Shown here: piece after piece, positions 29,299 through 40,900 of the stretch
Position numbering within the stretch: the first letter of the stretch is position 1
Layout of the letters: each line of letters begins with the position of its first letter
Assembly (NCBI RefSeq): GCF_016433145.1
Contig: NC_058133.1
Location: 476,977,330 to 477,041,329 of the forward strand
Reading direction: 5' to 3'
Length of the DNA stretch: 64,000 bases
Source of the DNA: Gracilinanus agilis
Lineage: Eukaryota
Position numbers and translations under genes: made by a program
Notes under the pieces: generated by a model
Database searches by the model: none
Seen by the model: the letters and a program-made list of their open reading frames with translations, nothing else
Told to the model about the DNA's origin: nothing

Positions 29299-31842
29299 CT
29301 GTCGTGTGTCAGGCTGTGCCCCGATACCTTTTCCCTTTCTTATATCAAGAAAGGGAAGAAAAGGAACTATTGTTACCCACCCTGCTCTCCTTTTGCCTAC
29401 CTTGATTACTGTTACACGTACAACTACATTGTCCGGGAGAAGATGCTGCCTTGTTACCCTTGTTTCAAAAGGTAATTAATTCTTTCAAACTTCCTTAGCC
29501 ACAGTTGCTCCTTTAATCTCTATTCTTCCATTGGTATTTCAGATTTCAAAAGAATTTACCAACTTGCAAGGAGTGGGAAAACACTGAAATAGGGTGGGAA
29601 TTTGGGATGCTTCTTCTCTAGAGAACTCTCAGTAATAAAGACGCTAGAATAGAGGACAGCAAATGAGGATTACTATAATAATTTGGGGGAAAGGAGATAG
29701 CACGAGGGGTCCAATGTGCCATATCCCTCCCCACCCCAGCCCCTACCCCATACACAGATGAGCTAATTTAGGCCCCTGCTTCTTAACCAGAACCACCGTA
29801 ACTGAGAGGGATAACCTGACACTCCGACCTCGGTGCTGCCTCCAGTGCTCCTGAGTCCCTAGCAGGCCTCCAGGTGGGCAGAAGCACTGAGCAGGGAGAC
29901 CACGACCAGCTCAAAGAGCTATATTCGGTAAGTGAACTCTAAGCAGGTCACCCTTCCTTCCACCCAGGCTTATTCTCTACAGTGACATCCTAAGAAAATA
30001 GTCAGTTAGAGAAGGGAGAATTAGAATCACAATTTTAGAGTTGTAAGGAAATGTAGTGATCTACTTGAAGCTCATTTTACAAATGAAAAAGCAGGCCCAT
30101 GGAGGAACAATTAAGACTAGAAACCAGGTGTTCTGACTCCCATTGTTTTTTATACTGTCTTTCTTAGTGTGACATGGTTAGTTTTGATTTTCTTATTCAT
30201 AAGAGGGAAGGGAGAGAGAGAAAACAAACTTAAATGATGAAAGAATTAGCAGAGTAGATAGTAAGCATGACAATGCCTAAATGAATAAGCAGAGAGCAGA
30301 AAAAGTTGGCATAATTGCCTTGAAAACAGGACAATATTGCTACATTGGGAAATTTTTTTCTGTTGGAATGATGGTAAAACAAAAGAAGGAATAAAATCTT
30401 CAAGTTCCTGAATTCTACAGGGAAAGATAAGTATTCATTCTTTTTTAGAAGAGAAAGGATAAAATGCTAATGATAAATTGAGGTTAGACAACATGATGTC
30501 TATAGATAATATGATTTTTGAATGATGTCTCTGGAATTAAACGGTACCATGGAATCTTCAATAATGAGATAACCTACATATATCTGGTACCCTCCCTCAA
30601 ACAAAGATTATGGTTTGGAGGAGTAGCAAGTTTGGATAGTAAGATCCAGGAAATTAAAACCTTCTCTACCCTTGGCATTTTTTTTTTCTTTACAGGCTGG
30701 GAACCTGACAGTGCTAGCTAATGAGTCCCTGCTTCACCAGGACCCAGTACAGTTAGATTTCCATTTCCGCCTCACCCCTCAGGCTTCTGTCCACTGGCAC
30801 GGCCTTCTCTGTGACCACCGGCTCTTCCTGGACATCCCCTACCGGGCACTGGACCAAGGCAATCGGGAGAGGTGAGAGTAGGCCCCCTTCCTTATCCTAT
30901 GCTTGATTACTCTAATGGGATAGCCAGGGAATAGTAAGTCAGCTATTTCAGAAACAGTGATGCTGTAGATGTGAAAGACCTTGCAAGGTACATGCACAGC
31001 TTAAATGAGCATGAAAAGGATATTATATGTAAGATGGTACACAGATGGAGCCAATCAGGTTTTCAGAGCATGGCCCCATAGACTAGTCAGTTTTCTTGGA
31101 GCTGGGCTTAAGGTGCACAAAACTATGGGGCCCTTAGGATTCTAGAAATTATGGTAGACCAAGAAGAGGCCTTAGTATAGAAGAATAATATTCTTCCTAA
31201 GAAAGGAAGGGTCTTTGGCATTTTGCTCAGGATAAGCCCAATAACAGCTACAGACCTCAAAGAAATATTCATACTACCAATTTATTTAAGTTGTTCTCTG
31301 GGTCAAGAGGACTAATGGAATTTGATTTTCTCTAACTAGGTCATCACCTCTATGGTTACTTATTCAGTAGCTTGTCTCTTTCTCTGACTCTTAGTTTGAC
31401 AGCAACACTGGAGTATGTGGAGGAGAAAACAGATGTGGACTCTGTGTTTGTGAACTTCCACAATGCTAGGAATGACCGAGGTACTGGGGTTGGGAAGCTA
31501 CCTTGTCCACTCTTCTCACTATTGTTCCTTTTCCTCTGCATTGCTGAGAACATGGGCTTGGGAAGTAATCCTTACTGGGAAAGTTTTCTATCTGTAATTG
31601 AGGGAAGCTGGGAGACAAAATAAGGGTGTGGAGAGGTGGAGGGGAATAAAGAACTTAGTGAGCTCAAAAGAGGTAATTTGCTTTTCCCCTCCCTTACAGG
31701 TGCCTTGCTTCGGGCCTTCAGCTACATGGGCTTTGAGGTGGTTAGACCTGACCACCCTGCCCTACCACCCTGGGACAATGTCATCTTCATGGTATACCCC
31801 CTTGAGAGGGATTGTGGCAACTTACCTAGTAAGCCTTCCTGA
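29299..31842 (+). CDS. OAZ3: Ornithine decarboxylase antizyme 3 (237 aa from CUG via +1 frameshift; 189 aa from AUG 29443)
   Basis: Exons 29299-29471, 29791-29927, 30696-30871, 31395-31480 and 31700-31842. ORF1 (CTG 29299, ATG 29443) ends CLQCS-TGA at 29852-29854. ORF2 in the +1 frame reads ESLAGLQVGRSTEQGDHDQLKELYSAGNLTVL...DIPYRALDQGNRESLTATLEYVEEK...LLRAFSYMGFEVVRPDHPALPPWDNVIFMVYPLERD. Confidence 0.96.
29849..29855 (+). other. OAZ3: Programmed +1 ribosomal frameshift site TCC-TGA-G
   Basis: The canonical metazoan antizyme shift site UCC-UGA sits at the ORF1/ORF2 junction. ORF2 has no AUG until the last exon. Confidence 0.93.
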
Positions 31843-31966
31843 ATCCATCCATGTTCCCACTCAAGTGGGAGGGCTGAAGTTTTAATATGGCTTAGGCCCC
31901 AGGCACAGTAGGATCAAAAGTCCTAGGCTTGTAGATGTGATTCAGGGCACCTCCTCCCAACCCAGG

Positions 31967-31972
31967 AATAAA
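31967..31972 (+). terminator. Candidate OAZ3 polyadenylation signal
   Basis: AATAAA 125 nt after the OAZ3 stop codon. Confidence 0.65.
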
Positions 31973-32879
31973 GGGTAGTAGAATCATCAATTCTTGATTT
32001 TTGTCTTAGTCTAATGGAATAACAGCATTGCAACTGTACATATTTAATCCTGATGCAACAAGGTCTAAGGCCAATGGTGCCAAATTCAAATAGAAACTGG
32101 GTCACTAATTTGTACAGGAAGATTCTTGCAGGCCACATCTTCCCTTAGTTTTAACATGTTAGTTTTAAATTGTATATTTTATTAATTTGGTTAAATATTT
32201 CCTAATTACAATATAATCTGATTCAAGCCTCACTTGATACATGTATGACACCACTGGAACAGTGGACTTCAGGAAGGACCTGGATTTTAATTTTGCCTTA
32301 AGCTTTACCTGTGTGACCAAAGGCATATCACAACCTGAGTCTGATGCCTCCTTCATGAAGGTGGGGATAATATTACCACCTACCTTCCAGGGTTGGTACA
32401 AGGATCAAAGGATGCAAATTCACAAACTAAAGCCTTATATAAATGTGAGCTATATTATAAATTATCTTTGTCCCCTTTGTCCATCCATGGGAGCAGATCT
32501 ACTGGTTCTGTCCCTTACTTAAGACCCTTTTAAGGCTTTATCAGGAATAGGGAACAAAGAGATTCTGGAGATTGATGACCCAAAGAACACAATAATTTTT
32601 GCTAAGAAGGGGAAGGAAAAAAATCCAAGCATTTCTATAGTGTCTGTTCTCATTTGATATCCCCGTAACAATTCTTTGAGGTGTTATTATATCCCCACTT
32701 TAAAGTTGAGGAAATGGAGACAAATGACTAAATTGTAGTTGTTTACTAAAGGGAAAGTTGCCTCACTGACCTATTGTTTCTCCTGAATCAGGGTCCATTT
32801 CTTCTGACAAATCAGTATTAGAATTTTCTGAGATAATAAAAAGTTATTGTGGACATAGCAAAAAAGATGAGGTTTAAGT

Positions 32880-33058
32880 GGGGCAGCTGGGTAGCTCAGT
32901 GGATTGAGAGCCAAGCCTAGAGATGGGAGGTCCTAGGTTCAAATCTGGCCTCAGACACTCCAGCTGTGTGACCCTGGGCAAGTCACTTAACCCCCACTGC
33001 CTAGCCCTTACCACTCTTCTGATTCCAAGATGGCAGGGTAAGGGTTTAAAAAAAAAAA
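32880..33058 (+). mobile_element. SINE1_Mdo-like SINE
   Basis: Family head and core with an A tail. Confidence 0.9.
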
Positions 33059-33118
33059 GTTTGCTTAATTATCAGCTTTCTAGATCTCTAGGATACTATT
33101 CAAAACATTCCTATAAGC

Positions 33119-33285
33119 CAGGGGTCACCAACGTATAGCTCTTTCTGCAGGAGCCATAAAGTCAATTTTTTTTTCAGGCACTGTTACAGGAGCGGCACTG
33201 TGAGAACTGTACAGCTCTCATGAAATTACATTTTAAAAAATGTGGCATTTATGGCTCTCACAGCCAAAAAGGTTGCCAACCCCTG
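33119..33285. mobile_element. hAT-superfamily MITE, family B
   Basis: CAGGGGTCACCAAC...GTTGCCAACCCCTG with perfect 8-bp TSD ctataagc on both sides. Confidence 0.85.
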
Positions 33286-33339
33286 CTATAAGCTAATAAG
33301 AATGTTAAACTAATTTGTTCCTATCTTAGTCTCCCCTAA

Positions 33340-33512
33340 AATAGCAGTTCTTATGAACTTAAAAAAGTATTTTGAAAATTGTATTTCAATATAATTAACT
33401 TCCTTTGTCATCCAATGTAGTTTATGAATTAAAAATATTCTGAGAAAGGGTCCATAGGTTTTGACAGACTGTCAAAGAGGTTCATGACACAAAAAGGGTT
33501 AAGACCCCTTGT
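33340..33512. mobile_element. Old Charlie4z/OposCharlie-like hAT fragment
   Basis: attctgagaaagggtccatagg...ggttaagacccct resembles the Charlie4-type end. Similar pieces lie at about 490-640, 12300-12380 and 58180-58345. Confidence 0.55.
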
Positions 33513-34018
33513 AAAATAAAAATGACATTTCATTTCTATTAAAAATGACCACCCTGCATTTATGTACACATATTCTTTCAAAGAACTTTCATATATCTCA
33601 TCTCTTGGCTCTTAATAATGTTACTGAACAGATGGAGAAATGTGGGCCTAAATAGAGAACAAATCACTAAACCGTAGTCCTATGTCAACGTGCACTATTA
33701 TTGCTTGAGGTCACAGTGAACAAGTGAGGTACCAGACTTCTAGGTCTCCAGATTTCTAATTCTGGGCTTTTTCTATCACTAGCCATTGTTTTATTCACTG
33801 TTCCAAAACTGGCATTTGTTCTCAGGGAATCTTTTCCACGTGTTAATGAATGGGAAATTCATAAGGGGATAGACATTTCTCTTCCCTGGTTGGGACCTCT
33901 CAAATCCACAGGAGATTAAGGCACAAAGGCAGAATCTGTTCCCCTAACCTCTATGCCCACAGGACTGCTTCTACCACTAATTCAATGGACAGCTCTTGAT
34001 CATTTTTAAAAACAGAAC

Positions 34019-34508
34019 TTTATTTAGTAATGATTCCCCTAAGTGACTTACAGAGTTCTCTTTATTTTTACATACACACTCATGCACATACATATGGTAG
34101 GCAGTATACCTACCTAAGGCATTGCACCTTATTACATGTTCCTGAGCCAGCCCTCAGTTTTCTGACTTGCACTATCGCCTAGATTCAAAAGGGAAACGAC
34201 TGTCTCAAAAATCTTGCCTTCAATAATAATGGCATCACTTGAAGCTGGGAGGAAGCATTAATTGCTTATTTCCTTGGGGTATCTGGTTCAACCCTGTTGA
34301 TTTCCTACCCTGCTTCTTCCACAGTTGTAAAGACCCTGTGGAGGCTCAGAACTTCCTTAATTACAACTTAAACATTTTCCTAGTAAGTCATCTCAGAAAA
34401 TGAAGTAGATTTCTGAATGTTCCCTATTTCCACACTACTGGAACCCTAACCAATGTTTTCCAACCCAGTTCCAACAAATACCCTGCAAAGTAGGATAGTG
34501 CTTTTATT
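34019..34508 (-). terminator. Candidate TDRKH polyadenylation signals
   Basis: Minus-strand AATAAA at 34508-34503, 34066-34061 and 34024-34019. Confidence 0.4.
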
Positions 34509-34973
34509 GCTGGTAGTGGCTGTGGCCAGTGCTAAGGTAATTCCTTCTAAGGCAGCATCTGACAGACACACATGCACACACATTTATAGTCTTTTTCTGA
34601 AAAAGTCCTTCATTCTGCTAGAAAAGCAGCAGCTGTATTTGGCTCACAGCAGGTCAATCAGTAGGTAGCTCACAAAGGAGGAAATATGGGGTTATCTTCT
34701 ATGGAATTCGATTTTCTGTTCAGCCAGAGGTTCCCATGCCATAAACCTTGCCACTTCCTAAGCATAGACACAAATATGAGAAAGAGTCAATATAGAACAA
34801 GTCAAGTTTGGAGAATAACAGCCACAGAAAAGGAACATTAGGATCAGGGAGAAGGAAGCGAGAATGCAGCAACTCCCCATCCTCACCCCTCACCGTTTTC
34901 CTGCTCCATAAGACACAAATCAGAGCCCCACTCACACAGCAGGCAGATGGCTGAGCCAGCCAGAGCACAGACA

Positions 34974-37900
34974 TCAGAGCAAGTCGTCTTCTGCAAGGAC
35001 ACCATCATCACCAGAAACTGAAGCAGCTTCTAATCAAAGACAGGATAGGAAAATTAGACAATGCCAAATTTAGTGGGCCATTTCCAAAAGGACTAGGTTG
35101 GGCAGAACCAGTGAGAAAATGAGAATTCCTAGGGTTAAACAACCTGGCAAAGAACCAAGACATTCAACTTTTCCAATTCAATCCCCTAATCTAAGGTAGG
35201 CAACCAGGAGTTTCAAAGGAGGGTAGGGTAGGATAGGATATATTGATGGATACCTGATAAGCTGAGGCATGAGAGTGTGTGTGGTGTCTCTCCAGGGCTT
35301 TTCTTGGCCTCAGACAAGAGGCTATCTAGAGAGGTATCTGTTTCTGTGACCTGAGGAAGGTTAACAGAAAAAGTGAAAAATTCGGCGTCAGTAAATGGGG
35401 CATGGGAGAAGGAAACAGATCACTGCCCCAACAATGTTAAATACGAACTACGGAATTCTGAGAGTGGCTGTTTGGCCTTGGAAAGTTAATGAAGCCATCT
35501 TGGCCCCAAGGAAAGGGCAGAATCCTAGGCTGTGAACTGGGCTTCCCCAGGGGTACCACCCTACACAACCACTGGAGCTCACCCACCAATATATCCTGCA
35601 GCATCTCAGGGACAGCAGCATCTCCTTCTCCTACATCTTGAGGGAGCTCAACTGCAAAACCCTGGCGCACAAGTTCTAGCCCAATATCAAGATTCTGGAG
35701 GAAGGAAAAAACAAGGGATTAAGAAGGATAACTTTCTGATGCTAGTCATGAAAATAAGAGAGGAAGGGTAAGGTAAGGAATTTGGGGAAATAAGGAATAT
35801 CCTCAAAGGTCTAGAGACCCAAGGACAAGGGGTCCTGAATTTTCTGCCTCACCAAGATAATCCAATGATTCTCTAGGCCTCACCTGTCCATTGGTTGTGT
35901 CATAAAGGTGAATTTCTGGCCAAGTAGAAATCCCTGTTTGCACATAGCTGGAAATCTTGGCTACCAGAGGCTTCCACTCTGCACAATGAGTGAGGCGGTC
36001 AAACTCATCTAGGGCTTCCTCTTCCCAATGTTCACCTGGTGAAATAGGAAGGAGTTAGTGCTGAGAACTGGAATAAAATCAGGAGACTGTCTATCTTTTT
36101 CCTCTTCAAAAAGGAATAAATACTTGTTCAGGAAATAGAAAAGGGAGTAAATGTCCAGCAAGAGATTTCCTGGTTCATTATGGCATACAACCTTTCTAGT
36201 AAGGACGAACAGAAGTGGTCTGAACTCCTGGAAGATCTGTCAAGAAGTAGCCAGATGAAATATGAATTTTTCCAGTGTGCTATGTGGAGCTCATTCTGCC
36301 CTGAGACCAAATCACATGGCTAACTTACCTGAGGGAACAATCCTTGCTAGACTACATTCTATTGCTTGGAATGGAAGGCTTAGGAAGTCACTCCTGAAGT
36401 TTAAAAAAAAGAAAAAGAAAAAACTGTAATCAAGACTTATGACAAGATGGATCTTCTAAAAGTCACCATGTCTCTCTGCTTTTAGATTACACATGACATA
36501 TGTGCAAATACTAAACTGTTTCCATTCCAAATCTCTTAATGAGCTCCACAATCTCTCCATCTGACAGGGATGAGATGATTGGAATTAGGATCTGAATTTG
36601 ATTTCTCACCCCACATCCAAATGTGACTAACTTTGTACTGACCTGATGGCTCTCAAATCCTTGAGTGGGCTCTCTCCATTATCTCCAAAGTCAACAAAGT
36701 AGAGATCCAGGTTCCCATTCTCGAGGGTACCCAGAACACGGGCCCGATACCAGGGCCCATCTGTAGGTAAAGGTGCAGCTACAATGTCACCCACGTGCAC
36801 GGTCAGATCTTCAGGCTATGTGTCCAAGTTGGAGGTAGAGAAAAGGGGAGGATGGCAATGACAAATAGATGGGTCAGACAAGAAAAGGTGAGAGAAGAGA
36901 ACAAATAGCCCATATGAGCCATAGAAAAACCAGTTCTCAAAGGGAAAGGAAGAAAATACAGAGAAAGGGAAAAGTGGAGGATATTCCTTTCCCTTAAGCC
37001 CTAATATCCCCACCACCCCCAAGTCCATATGGCAACTCACTGACTGAGTGTTCTCATAGTATTGGGTCATCTCGTTGACCAGCTTGTCCAGCTGTAAGCT
37101 GCGGGAGCCAATAATCTGGATCCAGAAATGGTTGGGGTTTTCAGAGGCAGACACATAGACTTCTAGATATTCGTCAGCATGGAAACTGAAGTCAGGGCTG
37201 GGGACTGAACATATTGTGGGGTTGAGGTTGGTGACAAAACCACCCCAGGCAAGTAGATGAGGGAATGGGGCTAAGGAAGTGGTAGCTTTTCAGCTCTCAA
37301 AATACTCAAGAACAAAACGATTCACTGAAGAGAGAACTTTTATACTTCTCTTGTTCCTTTCCCATTATAACACCATGACATAACTGAGATCCCCAGTCAC
37401 ATTTTACATCCCTTTAGATGTTGGTTTCCTTTGGAAATTGTTAACAACTCCCACTGAACAAGGGGAGGCTAGGTGGCTCAGTTGATACAGAGCCAGGCCT
37501 GGGGATGGGAGTTTCTGGGTTCAAATCTGGCCTCAGACATTTCCTAGCTGCATAACCCTGAACAAGTTACTTAATCCCAATTAACCTGGCTCTTACCAAT
37601 CTTCTGCTTTAGATCAGATACTTACTATCAATTCTAAGACAGAAGGTAAGAGTTTAAAAAAAAAAGAAAATAGATTGAACACAAGAAGGTACTGGGCAGT
37701 AACAGATTTGTATTCTAGTGTCTATCTTGGATTCAAGACAAGGCCCTCCCCACCATCCCCAATGGACCCCTAAGCTTCCCATTTGTCATTCCAACCCACA
37801 GCTTCCACTCATGAGAGAAAAAGCTTCCAAACCCTGGGATCTTCCTCTGTACGGACACTGGAAAAAGATCTATGACATAACTACAAAGTAACAGAACCAA

Positions 37901-40900
37901 TTCCACAAACCACATAAGAAAAACAGTTTCATTCCTTTGTAATCACACCTCATGCTGAAGGAGAAATGTTTTGATGAAAAATTATATAAATCCAAGGAAG
38001 AGTCAATTTTTAATTAGTTGCTGGATTATCTGAAGAAAATCTTTAACCCTGGTTTACTTGGCTTACAGCAAAAGATTTTCAAGTTGCCTTTTCTTGCCAC
38101 CACTTTGTACTTTGGAAATGGACTGCTGGGATAACTATGGGCAATATTATTAGCTTAAGAACTGGCTATTTTCAAAGAATCACGATTCATTTCCAAGACA
38201 AATATATTTTTGGTTATCTGTAACTTTCAATTATCCATGTGAGTCCTCCCCCATTGGTTAGCATGGACAATCAAGTTGTCATTGGAGATAACATACTTTC
38301 AAACTTTGGCATCTCTGGACTGGCTTGGGCTCCAGCATCCTCCTGGCAGCTGTTGTCACTGAGTATTTTTTCATGGGAATGTTCCACCCGTTCTAGTCTC
38401 AGCCCAGCCATATCTCCTCCTCCTCGGCTAGGAGTGGCACCCAGGGAGGGAGTCAGCTTCTTGCTGCTGGTGCTCATGTCCTTAGGAAAGGCTGGCTCTC
38501 CAGCTGCTCCGGGCCCTGCTACCTCTTCTCTCTTGACACTGATGGGTTGCTTGCGCTGTACTCTGGATTCTGCCGAGTGAGCAATCCTCTTCCTAAGCTC
38601 TTCATCTTCTGAAACTTTCTCTAGGATGAGATGCTTTTGGAAATGCCAGAAAAAGAGAAGGAATAATCAGCTCAGATTCTCAAGATAAGAGGACAGGAAA
38701 GGGGCTCTTCTGATTCAGATATATATGCCCAGCTCTAGTCAATACCCACCTTGGCTGCTGCCACTTCCTTCTGTGTTCCTGAGATCTTTATGAGTCTTGT
38801 TAGTAGTAATGTCCCTTCTGATTCCTTGTCACAGGTGATTTTGGCCCCAGAGCTCTTGCAGATGGCTCGAATGGTCTCTCCACCCCTCCCTACAAAAAGA
38901 CATGCATATAAATTTCTCTGTTATCTTTCTTGCTTATTCTTTGTAGCAACTAGAAAAATCAGTGCAGGTAAGAATTCATTTTCATTTCCAAAATGAGTCA
39001 AGCACTTGGTTCTTAAATAAATGCATGAACACTAATGTTCTGGAAGTTCAGGAATGCTCTTGAAATCTTTCCTGCCAATATATCCTCCAGGCAAGGAATG
39101 TTTAATCTTTTTTTTCTTTTAACTTAAATATTTTAGGTAGATTCAATTCCTTCACTACAAATACCTCTATTTTCCAAAACCATTCAGGGAGACTCTACTC
39201 TTCAGTCCTAAAATAATCTAGAATTCTCTACTAGAACGGGATAGCTGACAGAACAGTGAACAAATTAATTGGAAGAACTGGGTTCTAGTCCTTGCTGTGG
39301 GGGACTCAACTCCATGCATGGTCTTGGAGATGTCAGAGCTTGGAGTGTGTTTGCTATTCTGTAAAATGTATCTGCCCTGCCTACCTAAGTAATGGCATTA
39401 TAAGGTGCATAGAAAACTAGCTTATCAATTACATTTTGAATACTATGAAGTGTTATAAAATTTTAAGATCTATAATAGTAACATGAAGGGATGACACTTT
39501 ATGGGAAAGTATATATTCTACCATCTTCAAAGATTAAGAATATACCATGCACAGCCTTAACTATTCTTTAATCTAAATCCTTTAACGAATTTCTCCAAAA
39601 CCTTTTTGAATTTTTATTTTGGGATATTTGAGATGAATTGGGTAAAATTACTTGTTGTTAACATCTTTTGGATCTCCCCTTACAAAGATGATACTGACCA
39701 AGAAAAACATCTGAAAAGAAGATATGAAGATGTAGAAAGGAAAAAGCATCAGAGGGAGACAATAGTACCTATTATTCTGCCCACAGATCTCTGAGGTACT
39801 GAAAGCTGTTCATACACAGGGGTGTTCTCTGTCAGGATCTGGTGGATTGCTGCTTTGGCTTTGCAAACCTGGACAGGAAAGCCACTGATGAGTAGCACCC
39901 GCTCCTCACCTACATCTTCTGTGTCCACATCAATACGAGCACCAGTCTGTTTCCTCAACTAGGGGAAGGAGGAAAGGGAAAGTGTATACATTTATGCATT
40001 TGGAAGGCCTCAGGGACATAAATTGTTTGGAATGGCCAACATGGGAATCTGTTTTGCTTGACTATATTTGTTACGAAAGCTTTCTTTTTTCTTTTTTAAT
40101 GGGGCATGGGAAGAAAAGAAAAATCTATTTTGGTTAATTAAAGAAATTAAAAGAAGAGGCCTCATGAGAACTGGTTATTGATTCTTTAACACAAATTATG
40201 GGTGATCTAGGGGGATGGAAGGGAGGGACTGTGGCTATCTAGACTACTCCTTGATCTAGCTCCTAACTGAAAATCTAGTTAACCCTTATTTTATTTGTAC
40301 TGAAGGTCAATGAATAATTAATGAAGAAGCTAACATTACAAAAAGCATTCAGGATTATAATACTTTTTTTCCCTTCAAGTGGGTTTCTTTTTTTAAAGTC
40401 AGTATTATTTTAGGTCTGCATTCTCTTCCCTTTCCTCCCCCCACTCCCAATTGAGAAAGCAAGAACTGTAAAAATCCATTACAAACATGTACACTTGAAT
40501 AAGATGTATTCCTCCAATATAAAAAAAAAAATGTCTCAATCTGTACTCTTGAGTCCTTCACCTCTCTATCAGGAGATAGGTAGCATGTTTCATCACAAGA
40601 TTGCTGGTAAAATGGTTTCTTCTTGACTTTTGGGTTCAGAAGTTTTTCCAAAGTTGTTTTGTCTTCACAATACTGTGATTATATAAATTGTTCTCCTGAT
40701 TTTTATTCATTTTACACTGTATCAGTTCATATAAATCTTCCCAGGTTTCTCTGAACCTACTCCCTTTATTATTTTTATAGCACAATGGTATTTCATCATA
40801 TTCATATATCATAATTTGTTCAGACACTCTCCAATTGATAGGTACCGTCCTCAGTTTCCAATTCTTTGCCACCACAAAAAACGCTGCCATAAATATTTTT

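Noticed and set aside
29770-29805. Alternative OAZ3 acceptor (tttag, 29770-29771) that might bypass the frameshift
   Set aside because: It adds 19 nt and enters the third frame, stopping at TGA 29803-29805. It is also too close to the likely branch point (CTAAT, A at 29766).
29855-29927. OAZ1/OAZ2-type stimulatory pseudoknot 3' of the shift site
   Set aside because: Only weak short pairings are visible, and OAZ3 is known to lack the pseudoknot.
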